Source: Kosakonia calanthes
GTDB taxonomy: Bacteria > Pseudomonadota > Gammaproteobacteria > Enterobacterales > Enterobacteriaceae
Reading direction: 5' to 3'
Assembly (NCBI RefSeq): GCF_038449125.1
Contig: NZ_CP151800.1
Coordinates: forward strand, 10,406 to 34,405
DNA length: 24,000 bases
Under the pieces are notes generated by a model, which worked only from the letters and a program-made list of their open reading frames with translations, was not told the origin of the DNA and did not search any database. Of the stretch, positions 9,724 through 18,378 are shown one piece after another. The translations under genes and the position numbers were made by a program. The stretch's first letter is position 1; the number at the start of each line of letters is the position of its first letter.

Positions 9724-9859
9724 TTTATTTTCTCCGCGGAGAATTATGCCCACAACCTGACCCGTGAAATCTAGCAGAAAAATCTCAGGCCAGGGAAATA
9801 ATGGTTCTATTTTGAGATGTACCACCGCCTGTACATAATCATTAATAAGGGCAATAAAA

Positions 9860-11575
9860 ATGAATATGCAGCAAATTGTGAGCTTTATTGCATTTACTCT
9901 GCTGGTCGCATTCATTACCTGGTGGAAGTTACGCAAGGCCGATACCGGTTCGCAGCAGGGATATTTTCTGGCAGGACGTTCCCTGAAAGCGCCGGTCATT
10001 GCCGCGTCGTTGATGCTGACCAACCTGTCGACCGAGCAACTGGTCGGGCTGACCGGCCAGGCGTACCGCAGCGGTATGTCGGTGATGGCCTGGGAGGTTA
10101 TCTCGGCGATTCCGCTGATCTTCCTGGCGCTGATCTTCTTACCGCGCTATTTGCAGCGCGGTATTGCCACCATCCCGGATTTCATTGAGGAACGCTACGA
10201 CAAAACCACGCGCATCATCATTGATTGCTGTTTCCTGATTGCGACCGGCATCTGCTTTCTGCCGATCATTCTCTACTCCGGCGCGCTGGCCTTTAACAGC
10301 ATGTTCCATGTGTCTGAAACCTTTGGTATTTCACAAACCAGCGCCATCTGGGCGATGGCGATTGTGCTCGGTGTTTCCGGCATTCTTTACGCGGTGGTCG
10401 GCGGCATGCGTGCGATTGCCATTGCTGATGTGATCAACGGCATTGGTCTGGTGATCGGCGGCCTGATGGTGCCGGTTTTCGGCCTGATGGCGATGGGCGG
10501 CGGCGACTTTTTCCAGGGCGTTGACCGCTTAACCAGCGATCACAGCCAGATGCTGAACTCCATTGGCGGCAGCCACGATCCGGTGCCGATTGGCGCCGCC
10601 TTAACCGGGCTGATTCTGGTTAACACCTTTTACTGGTGCACCAATCAGGGCATTGTTCAGCGTACGCTGGCGTCGCGCAGCCTGGCGGAAGGGCAAAAAG
10701 GGGCGTTATTAACCGCGGTGTTGAAAATGCTCGACCCGCTGATTCTGGTGCTACCTGGCGTGATCGCGTTCCACCTGTTCCAGGACTTGCCGAAAGCCGA
10801 CATGGCCTACCCGGCGCTGGTGAACAAAGTGATGCCGCTGCCGCTGATTGGCTTCTTCAGCGCCGTGCTGTTTGGCGCCATCATCAGTGCGTTTTGCGGT
10901 TTTTTAAACAGCGCCAGTACCTTGTTTAGCCTCGGCATTTACCGTCGGCTGATCAACGAACAAGCCTCTGACGACCAACTGGTGCGCGTTGGGCGTAAGT
11001 TCGGCCTGGTGGTGGCGGTGGTTTCCGTGCTGGTCGCGCCGTGGATCGCCAACGCGCCACAGGGCCTTTACTCATGGATGAAACAGCTCAACGGGATTTA
11101 TAACGTGCCGCTGGTGACCATTGTCATCATGGGCTTCTTCTTCCCGCGCATCCCGGCGATTGCCGCGAAAGCCGCCATGTTTTTCGGCATTTGCAGCTAT
11201 ATCACCATCAACTATTTGGTGAAGTTCGACTTCCACTTTCTCTACATCCTCGCCACCACTTTCTGCCTGAATGTGGTGCTGATGCTGGTGATCGGCTGGT
11301 TCAGACCGCGCGCCACGCCGTTCTCTTTCCACGATGCGTTCGCCGTGGACATGAAACCGTGGAAAAACGCCAAAATCGCCTCCGTTGGCGTGCTGTTCGC
11401 CATGATTGGCGTCTACGCCGGGCTGGCGCAATTTGGCGGTTACCCCAGCCACGCATTCACCATTATTTGCTATCTGATTGTCGCCGCGGTGGTGATTTAC
11501 CTGCTGGTTGACACCCTACGCCAGCGCCGCGCCGCGTCAGAAACCTACGCTGCCTCCCTCAAGGAAAAGCCATGA
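9860..11575 (+). CDS. yidK: Sodium/solute symporter family transporter YidK
   Basis: SSS family: ITWWKLRKADTGSQQGYFLAGRSLKAPVIAASLMLTNLSTEQLVGLTGQAY... matches E. coli YidK. Confidence 0.93.
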   Translation: MNMQQIVSFIAFTLLVAFITWWKLRKADTGSQQGYFLAGRSLKAPVIAASLMLTNLSTEQLVGLTGQAYRSGMSVMAWEVISAIPLIFLALIFLPRYLQRGIATIPDFIEERYDKTTRIIIDCCFLIATGICFLPIILYSGALAFNSMFHVSETFGISQTSAIWAMAIVLGVSGILYAVVGGMRAIAIADVINGIGLVIGGLMVPVFGLMAMGGGDFFQGVDRLTSDHSQMLNSIGGSHDPVPIGAALTGLILVNTFYWCTNQGIVQRTLASRSLAEGQKGALLTAVLKMLDPLILVLPGVIAFHLFQDLPKADMAYPALVNKVMPLPLIGFFSAVLFGAIISAFCGFLNSASTLFSLGIYRRLINEQASDDQLVRVGRKFGLVVAVVSVLVAPWIANAPQGLYSWMKQLNGIYNVPLVTIVIMGFFFPRIPAIAAKAAMFFGICSYITINYLVKFDFHFLYILATTFCLNVVLMLVIGWFRPRATPFSFHDAFAVDMKPWKNAKIASVGVLFAMIGVYAGLAQFGGYPSHAFTIICYLIVAAVVIYLLVDTLRQRRAASETYAASLKEKP

Positions 11576-13065
11576 ATCGTCCCAATTTTCTGTTCATTAT
11601 GACCGACACCCAGGCCACCAATATGGTGGGCTGCTACAGCGGTAAGCCGTTAAACACCAACCACATTGATGCGCTGGCGCAGGAAGGCATCCGTTTTAAT
11701 TCGGCCTACACCTGCACCCCTGTTTGCACCCCGGCGCGCGCCGGGTTGTTTACCGGCATCTACAGTAACCAGTCCGGGCCGTGGACCAATAATGTCGCGC
11801 CGGGCAAAAACATCTCCACCATGGGGCGCTATTTTCAGGACGCGGGTTACCACACTTGCTACATCGGCAAGTGGCATCTTGACGGCCATGACTACTTCGG
11901 CACCGGCGTGTGTCCGCCAGAGTGGGATGAAGAGTATTGGTACGATGGCGCGAACTATCTGGCCGAGCTGACCGATGAGCAAATTAGCCTGTGGCGTAAC
12001 GGGCTGAACAGCGTGGAAGATTTGCAGGCGCACAATATTGATGAAACCTTTACCTGGGCGTATCGCATCAGTAATCGCGCCATCGATTTTCTCGCCAAAC
12101 CGGTGGTCGAGGATGAACCGTTTTTGATGGTGGTTTCGTATGATGAGCCGCATCATCCGTTCACCTGCCCGGTGGGGTATCTGGAAAAGTACGCCGACTT
12201 TTACTATGACTTGCAGGGTAAAGCGCAGGATGATTTAGCGGATAAACCGGAGCACCATCGCCTGTGGGCGCAGGCGATGCCGTCGCCGGTCGGGGAAGAT
12301 GGCCTTTACCACCATCCCATGTATTTCGCCTGTAATGATTTTGTGGATGATCAAATTGGCCGGGTGATCAACGCGCTCACCCCGGAACAGCGGGAAAATA
12401 CCTGGGTGATTTACACCTCGGATCACGGCGAAATGATGGGCGCGCACCAGCTGATCAGCAAAGGCGCGGCGATGTACGACGATATCACGCGTATTCCGCT
12501 GATTATCCGCCCGCCGCAAGGTTCGCCTGCCCAGGTGAACACGCCGGTCAGCCATATTGATGTGTTGCCGACCCTGATGGCGCTGGCGGGCATTGAAAAA
12601 CCGCCGATTTTACCCGGCGAAAACATGCTCACCGCGCGGGGCGAACGGGGCGTAATGGTGGAGTTCAACCGCTATGAAATTGAACATGATAGTTTCGGCG
12701 GGTTTATTCCGGTACGGTGCTGGGTCACTAACGGTTTTAAATTGGTGCTGAACCTGTTTACCAGCGATGAGCTGTACGACCGGCATAATGACCCGGACGA
12801 ACTGCGCAATTTGATTAACGATCCGCGTTTTGCCGACACCCGCAACAAACTGCACGATGCATTGCTCGATTATATGGATAAGGTGCGCGACCCGTTCCGT
12901 ACTTATCAGTGGAGCTTGCGCCCGTGGCGACCGGATGCCGGTCCGCGCTGGATGGGCGCTTTCCGCCCGCGACCAAAAGATGGCTACTCGCCCGTGGTGC
13001 GCGATTACGACACCGGGCTGCCAACGCAGGGGGTGAAAGTGGAAGAGAAAACGCAGAAGTTCTGA
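11572..13065 (+). CDS. yidJ: Type I sulfatase YidJ, probably cytoplasmic
   Basis: MNRPNFLFIMTDTQATNMVGCYSG...CTPVCTPARAGLFTG contains the Cys-type sulfatase motif C-T-P-A-R. No signal peptide. Matches E. coli YidJ and overlaps yidK by 4 nt. Confidence 0.95.
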   Translation: MNRPNFLFIMTDTQATNMVGCYSGKPLNTNHIDALAQEGIRFNSAYTCTPVCTPARAGLFTGIYSNQSGPWTNNVAPGKNISTMGRYFQDAGYHTCYIGKWHLDGHDYFGTGVCPPEWDEEYWYDGANYLAELTDEQISLWRNGLNSVEDLQAHNIDETFTWAYRISNRAIDFLAKPVVEDEPFLMVVSYDEPHHPFTCPVGYLEKYADFYYDLQGKAQDDLADKPEHHRLWAQAMPSPVGEDGLYHHPMYFACNDFVDDQIGRVINALTPEQRENTWVIYTSDHGEMMGAHQLISKGAAMYDDITRIPLIIRPPQGSPAQVNTPVSHIDVLPTLMALAGIEKPPILPGENMLTARGERGVMVEFNRYEIEHDSFGGFIPVRCWVTNGFKLVLNLFTSDELYDRHNDPDELRNLINDPRFADTRNKLHDALLDYMDKVRDPFRTYQWSLRPWRPDAGPRWMGAFRPRPKDGYSPVVRDYDTGLPTQGVKVEEKTQKF

Positions 13066-13124
13066 GAAGCCTGATAGCGCCCCTCACGGCAACGGTGAGG
13101 GGCCATCTATAACAAGGAGAACGC

Positions 13125-13472
13125 ATGAAAATTTCCCGCGTCGGCGAAGCCCCGGACTACCGCTTTTCGCTGGCCAACGAGCGAACTTTTCTCGCCTGGA
13201 TCCGCACCGCGCTGGGTTTTCTGGCGGCGGGTGTTGGTCTGGATCAGCTGGCGCCGCAGTTTGCCACGCCGCTGATTCGCGAAGTGCTGGCGCTGCTGCT
13301 GTGTCTTTTTGCCGGTGCGCTGGCGCTGTATGGTTATTTGCGCTGGTTGCGCAATGAAAAAGCGATGCGCCTGAAAGAAGATTTGCCCTACACCCGCACG
13401 CTGTTGGTGATCAGCGTTTCGCTGCTGGTCGTCGCGCTGGTGGTGATGGCGCTGGTGTTCTATGCCGAATAA
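13125..13472 (+). CDS. yidH: DUF202 inner-membrane protein YidH
   Basis: MKISRVGEAPDYRFSLANERTFLAWIRTALGFLAAGVGLDQLAP... matches E. coli YidH. Confidence 0.94.
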   Translation: MKISRVGEAPDYRFSLANERTFLAWIRTALGFLAAGVGLDQLAPQFATPLIREVLALLLCLFAGALALYGYLRWLRNEKAMRLKEDLPYTRTLLVISVSLLVVALVVMALVFYAE

Positions 13473-13812
13473 CCGCAAAGCGCGCCGCGAAAGCGATCCC
13501 GGCCTGCAACCCGAACGCACGTCGCTGGCGTGGTTACGAACGCTGTTCGGTTATGGCGCGCTCATGGCGTTGGCGGTGAAACACAACTGGCAGCAATCGG
13601 GCATGCCGTTTTGGATTTCAATGGTGGTGCTGGCGTTAGCGGCGGGCATCCTCTGGCGTTACACCCGTAAGCGCCTCTTAATGGATGTCGACAACAACGA
13701 TTTTGTTCTGCCCGGCGCAATACGTGACAAATTATTGATCTCCCTCGCGGTGCTTTCCCTCGCGTTACTGTTTGCTGTGAGCCATATCCGCCAATTACTG
13801 CTATTGCTCTAA
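13462..13812 (+). CDS. yidG: DUF202 inner-membrane protein YidG
   Basis: MPNNRKARRESDPGLQPERTSLAWLRTLFGYGALMALAVKHNW... matches E. coli YidG and overlaps yidH by 11 nt. Confidence 0.93.
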   Translation: MPNNRKARRESDPGLQPERTSLAWLRTLFGYGALMALAVKHNWQQSGMPFWISMVVLALAAGILWRYTRKRLLMDVDNNDFVLPGAIRDKLLISLAVLSLALLFAVSHIRQLLLLL

Positions 13813-13822
13813 GGAAAAGTGC

Positions 13823-14944
13823 ATGTCAGGCTGTCATGTTATGGCTAAACCGGCCAGTTCGCGTTGTAACCTGAACTGCCGCTACTGTTTTTATATTGAA
13901 AAACAACAGCAAAAAGTGATGGATGACGCCACGCTGGAGGCGTTTATCCGCCAGCAGATCGACGCCCAACCGGGCAACGTTGTCCCCTTCGCCTGGCAAG
14001 GCGGCGAGCCAACCCTTTGCGGGCTGGATTTTTTCCGCCGCGTTAGCGCGCTGCAAAAGCAGTACGCCAACGGCAAACGCATCGAAAACGCCTTTCAAAC
14101 CAATGGCATCTTGCTTAACGATGAGTGGTGTCAGTTCTTTCGGGAAAACGGCTGGCTGGTGGGGATTTCCATCGATGGCCCGGCAGAACTGCACGATGCC
14201 TATCGCGTGAACCGCAGCGGTAAACCCTCGCACCACAAAGTGGTGAACGCCATTGCTACGCTGGGAAAACACCGGGTGGATTTCAACCTGCTCTGCGTGG
14301 TCAACAACCTCAACAGCCAGCAGCCGCAGCGTTTGTACCGCTATCTGCGCACGCTCGGTACGCCGTTTTTGCAATTTATCCCTTTGGTGGAACAGGACGC
14401 GCAAGGGGGTTTAACCGCTGAGTCGGTACGCGGCGAAGCGTGGGGTAACTTCCTGAATGCGGTGTTTGATCTCTGGGCGCGGGAAGATATTGGCCGGGTG
14501 TATGTGCAACTTTTTGATTCGACGCTGGGCGTCTGGAGCGGCTACCCGTCACAAATGTGTACGTTTGGCGAAACTTGCGGCCACGCATTCGCGCTGGAGG
14601 CCAACGGCGATGTTTACCAGTGCGATCACTACGTTTACCCGGATTATCGCCTCGGCAACCTGCATCAAATCCCGATCAAAGAGATCAACGCCAGCCGCGA
14701 AGCGATCGCCTTCGGGCAGAGCAAAAAAGCGACGCTCAGCAATGATTGCCAACGCTGCGACGTGCTGCGTTTTTGCCAGGGCGACTGCCCGAAACACCGC
14801 TTTGCGCAGGGGAAAAGTGCGTTATGCCAGGGTTATCGCCACTTTTTCACCCACAGTGCACCGCACATGCGTGTGATGCGCGACTTACTGCGTCAGCGGC
14901 GCTCGCCAATGGAGCTGATGATGGCGCTGCGCCAGCAAGCGTAA
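13823..14944 (+). CDS. yidF: Anaerobic sulfatase-maturating-type radical SAM/SPASM enzyme (full-length YidF-type)
   Basis: CNLNCRYCFY radical SAM motif. SPASM cysteines C-x5-C-x14-C ... C-x2-C-x5-C-x3-C ... C match the anSME pattern. Located downstream of yidJHG. Confidence 0.88.
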   Translation: MSGCHVMAKPASSRCNLNCRYCFYIEKQQQKVMDDATLEAFIRQQIDAQPGNVVPFAWQGGEPTLCGLDFFRRVSALQKQYANGKRIENAFQTNGILLNDEWCQFFRENGWLVGISIDGPAELHDAYRVNRSGKPSHHKVVNAIATLGKHRVDFNLLCVVNNLNSQQPQRLYRYLRTLGTPFLQFIPLVEQDAQGGLTAESVRGEAWGNFLNAVFDLWAREDIGRVYVQLFDSTLGVWSGYPSQMCTFGETCGHAFALEANGDVYQCDHYVYPDYRLGNLHQIPIKEINASREAIAFGQSKKATLSNDCQRCDVLRFCQGDCPKHRFAQGKSALCQGYRHFFTHSAPHMRVMRDLLRQRRSPMELMMALRQQA

Positions 14945-14945
14945 G

Positions 14946-15865
14946 TTAGCGCGCTTTTTCCAGGTATTGCGCCATCTCCGCTTCCGGCACCATGCCGCCG
15001 CCGGTGGCCCACACTACATGGGTGGCCTGCGCCAGTTGCGCCTGGCTGAACCCGTGCAATTGATGGTAGTGGCTGTCGGCACAAACGATTTCAGGTCCGG
15101 CCATGCCTGCCAGCGCTGACGGCTCCAGCAAGATATCCTCCTCCTGCGCCAGCGCGCCGAGCAGGTTATAAAGCGTCTGATCATCAACGGTGTAGAAACC
15201 GTCCAGCAGGCGCTCCATCGCACGGCCCACAAAGCCGGAAGCGCGCCCGACTGCCAGCCCATCCGCCGCCGTCAGGTTATCAATGCCCAAATCCTGCACC
15301 GCAATGGCATCATGCAAACCGGTATGTACGCCAAGCAGCATGCATGGCGAATGGGTCGGTTCGGCGAAAAGACAGTGCACGTCATCACCAAACGCCAGCT
15401 TCAGGCCGAATGCCACCCCGCCGGCGACAGCAGCTTGCGGTAATCATCCTCTGGCGTCAGCAACCCGGCGGCGAAGGCCAGCTTTTCCGCATGGGTCAGC
15501 ACGTCGAAAATACCGCCACGCGCTTTAATTGAACCGGAAATCGGCAAATGGCTGTCTTTTTTCAGCCACAGTTCGCCGGTGATGCCCTGGCCCAGACGGC
15601 GCTGCATGTTGGGAATGGCAACCACCTCGGATTCAATCACGCCGTGGCTGGCGGCGGTTTGCGGGAAAGCCTGCGCAAGAAACGGTGCGAAGCGGGCAAG
15701 GCGCGCGTGAGCTTCGTTCACATCTTGCAGCGTCAGGCCAACATGCGGCAAACCTTCTGCAACGGACGTCGTGTTCGGGTTAAACCAGTGCGTTTCTTGC
15801 AGGTCGATCAGGTGTTGCACAAGTGGGAATTGCTGGATGAGTGTCTGGATGTCGGCGTTTTTCAT
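14946..15865 (-). pseudogene. dsdA: D-serine dehydratase DsdA, disrupted (internal deletion plus frameshift)
   Basis: The N-terminal part (15401..15865: [19 protein letters not shown]...SGSIKARGG...DDYRKLLSP) and the C-terminal part (14946..15416: [27 protein letters not shown]...[18 protein letters not shown]) both match DsdA. About 130 central residues are missing and the reading frame changes. Confidence 0.88.
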
Positions 15866-16025
15866 CGGTTCTTCACCATCGAATGCGGGGAGTTTAAGAA
15901 AACAGGAATGCGTTGCAGGTGCAAGTATGGACGCGCATTGAAAATTTATTACGCTTTGGCGCTACGCGTCCTGGCGTAAAGCGTGCTAAATACAGGTATT
16001 CGCCCCCGATTTCACAAGGTTAACT

Positions 16026-17114
16026 GTGCGAAAGCCATTGATTGCAGTTGTTATGTTGCTGGCGGGAACCGCTGTGTTTGCCGCCGAAACTCCGCTGACG
16101 GCGGCGCGTTACGCGCAACAGTTGGGGGTGGGAATGGATGTCGACTGGGCGCGTACCGATCGCGGTATTCGCGAGTTTGACCCGCTTATCGTGCGTGATT
16201 TTTACAACGCCGGGATTCGCCATGTGCGCATTCGCGTGGCCGATAACATGACCGAAGCGCGCTTGATCCACCTGCGAAAACTGGTGGAAGCCTGCGAAGA
16301 GTACGGCGTTATTCCGGTGATTGCTTACCAGGCGGATACTTTTAAAGCCGATCCCGATGCGAAAAACGAAGCGCAATTGGTGGCGTGGTGGTCGACGGTC
16401 GGACACTTTTTTGGCAGCGATCACCCGACGCTCGGTTTTGATGTGATTTATGAACCGGCCGACAAACTCAACCGCGATCTCCCGGCGCTCAATCGCGCCT
16501 ACGAAAATGTCGTCAGAACTCTGCATGATATTGATGCGCAGCGCATGATTTTTATCGCCCCGCGCCTGCGCGCCGCGCCGGAAGATCTCTCTTCGTTAAA
16601 ATTGCCGCCGCACAGCCAAAATTACCTGCTGGCGGAATGGCATATCTTCCCGTGGGGGCCGCTGAAAGCGAACGGTAAATACCCGTGGACATCCGGCACG
16701 GCGGCGGAAAGAGCGGCGATCCGCGCGCGCATTGCTACGGCGTTGCGCTGGCAGCAAAAATCCGGGCATGCCACCTGGGTTGGCGGCTGGGCGGTGGGCG
16801 AGTCGTTCAAAAGCGCGCCGACCGCGTCGCAAATGGCGTTCGCCCGCTTTATGGCCTGCGAGTTAAATAAGGCGAAAATCCCTTACGCCATTAATGCCGA
16901 TAGCCAATTTTATGATGGCGAAGAGGGCGCCTGGCGGCCTGCGCCGGAGCCTTTACTGCAAGAGATGATTGCGCCGACGTGCGAAAAACCCGACGCGAAG
17001 CCGGGTCATCATGAGCTTAAAGCGCCGGTTCGTGGCGAGCAAAGCGCGACGCCAACGGCAGCCAGCACAACACAATCAACAGCCCGGCCAGCGTCATCAG
17101 CATCCCAAGGCTAA
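16026..17114 (+). CDS. Secreted glycoside hydrolase, GH5/cellulase-like
   Basis: Signal peptide MRKPLIAVVMLLAGTAVFA. Contains FDVIYEPADKLN (NEP-like acid/base site), LLAEWHIFPWGP and TWVGGWAVGES resembling the GH5 nucleophile strand. Confidence 0.62.
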   Translation: MRKPLIAVVMLLAGTAVFAAETPLTAARYAQQLGVGMDVDWARTDRGIREFDPLIVRDFYNAGIRHVRIRVADNMTEARLIHLRKLVEACEEYGVIPVIAYQADTFKADPDAKNEAQLVAWWSTVGHFFGSDHPTLGFDVIYEPADKLNRDLPALNRAYENVVRTLHDIDAQRMIFIAPRLRAAPEDLSSLKLPPHSQNYLLAEWHIFPWGPLKANGKYPWTSGTAAERAAIRARIATALRWQQKSGHATWVGGWAVGESFKSAPTASQMAFARFMACELNKAKIPYAINADSQFYDGEEGAWRPAPEPLLQEMIAPTCEKPDAKPGHHELKAPVRGEQSATPTAASTTQSTARPASSASQG

Positions 17115-18201
17115 ACTGGCTGTTCTGCGGCAACTGTGCCGACAGCCATGCCAGCCCGCCGGAACCCATATTTTGCAAGCCACCAATCAGCGCGCCTGCC
17201 GTTCCGGCTAAAAACGGAAACGGCTCCATCGCGCCGCTGGTCGCCAGCGGGAACAGCATCCCGGCACCGAAGAAAAACAGCGCAGCGGGCACTGTCAGCG
17301 TCCAGATATTCATTACGCCCATCATGCCGGGGATCCACATCAACACACCGGCCGCCAGGCAGCTGATCACCGCTTGCCACATCAGCGATGTGAAGCGCTT
17401 ATTCTGCCGTCCGGCAAACCACGCGCCGAAAAACGCGGCGGGGATGGGCAGGATAAACAGCACGCTTACTGTCAGGCTGTTCAGGCCGAGCACACCGCCC
17501 AGCAACACGCCGGAACAGGCTTCAAACACCGCAATTCCGGCCAGCCCGCCAATCAGCATCAGCAGATAACAGCTAAACGCGCCGTTGCCGAGCAGGGCTT
17601 TATAACTGGTGATCAGCCGCGTGCGCGGCGCGCCCTGTGGCCGCGTTTCCGGCATCCAGCGCGCCATGCTGTAAGCGACAATGGCGCACAACACCAGCAA
17701 AAACATAAAACAGGCACGCCAGTTCATCAGCGTATTCAGTACGCCGCCAATCAGCGGCGCCAGCAGCGGACTCACAAGAATACCCATGTTCAGCAGGCTG
17801 TTGGCGTGGCGCAGTGCGCTGCCTTCATAGAGATCGCGCGGCAGGGTGCGCGCCATCACGCCGCCAACGCCCGTGCCGACACCCTGAAGTGCGCTGGCAA
17901 AGATCAACACCGCCAGGCTGTGGGTGGTGATGGCAATAATGGTCGCCAGCATAAAAATCGCCATCCCGGCGAGGATCACCGGGCGGCGTCCTACGTGGTC
18001 TGCCAGCGGGCCATAAAAGAGCTGGGAGACGCCATATGTCAGTAAGTAAGCGGCCATTACGCCCTGCACTGCGCCTTTTGATACCGCCAGGTCGCGCGCC
18101 ATATCCGCAATGGCCGGGATATAGATGGTTTGCGCCATCTGCCCGACCGCGACCAGAAGCACCAGCATCAATAACAAATTGACGTTTCTCTGCTTTTTCA
18201 T
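17017..18201 (-). CDS. emrD: Multidrug MFS transporter EmrD
   Basis: MKKQRNVNLLLMLVLLVAVGQMAQTIYIPAIADMARDL... matches E. coli EmrD over the full length (394 aa). Confidence 0.95.
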   Translation of the reverse strand: MKKQRNVNLLLMLVLLVAVGQMAQTIYIPAIADMARDLAVSKGAVQGVMAAYLLTYGVSQLFYGPLADHVGRRPVILAGMAIFMLATIIAITTHSLAVLIFASALQGVGTGVGGVMARTLPRDLYEGSALRHANSLLNMGILVSPLLAPLIGGVLNTLMNWRACFMFLLVLCAIVAYSMARWMPETRPQGAPRTRLITSYKALLGNGAFSCYLLMLIGGLAGIAVFEACSGVLLGGVLGLNSLTVSVLFILPIPAAFFGAWFAGRQNKRFTSLMWQAVISCLAAGVLMWIPGMMGVMNIWTLTVPAALFFFGAGMLFPLATSGAMEPFPFLAGTAGALIGGLQNMGSGGLAWLSAQLPQNSQFSLGMLMTLAGLLIVLCWLPLASRFARHEPAL

Positions 18202-18378
18202 AGCGATGATTACTTTATAAAAAGTTGGTATTAAAGAATATATGGCTGCGATACAGTCTTAATGAAGGAGGAATCTACCACAGAGAGAGGGCAGAACCAC
18301 TACACCGGACGGCAATGGTCAGGTGGTGACAGGCAGGATTTGTAAACAATTATCGGCAACTTTTGTTGCCAGAATGCA

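Noticed and set aside
12909-13112. ORFs antisense or out of frame around the yidJ 3' end
   Set aside because: yidJ coding is conserved through 13065. These are shadow frames.
17374-18045. 223-aa plus-strand ORF in emrD
   Set aside because: Antisense to full-length conserved emrD.
18296-18327. Possible stem ACCAC..ACC..GGT..GTGGT upstream of emrD
   Set aside because: Short stem segments with symmetric mismatches. No attenuator or riboswitch signature, so not enough to call a feature.
18355-18372. GGCAAC-TTTT-GTTGCC hairpin near the end of the DMT transporter gene
   Set aside because: Could be part of a terminator, but no U-tract follows on the transcribed minus strand, so it was not listed as a terminator.
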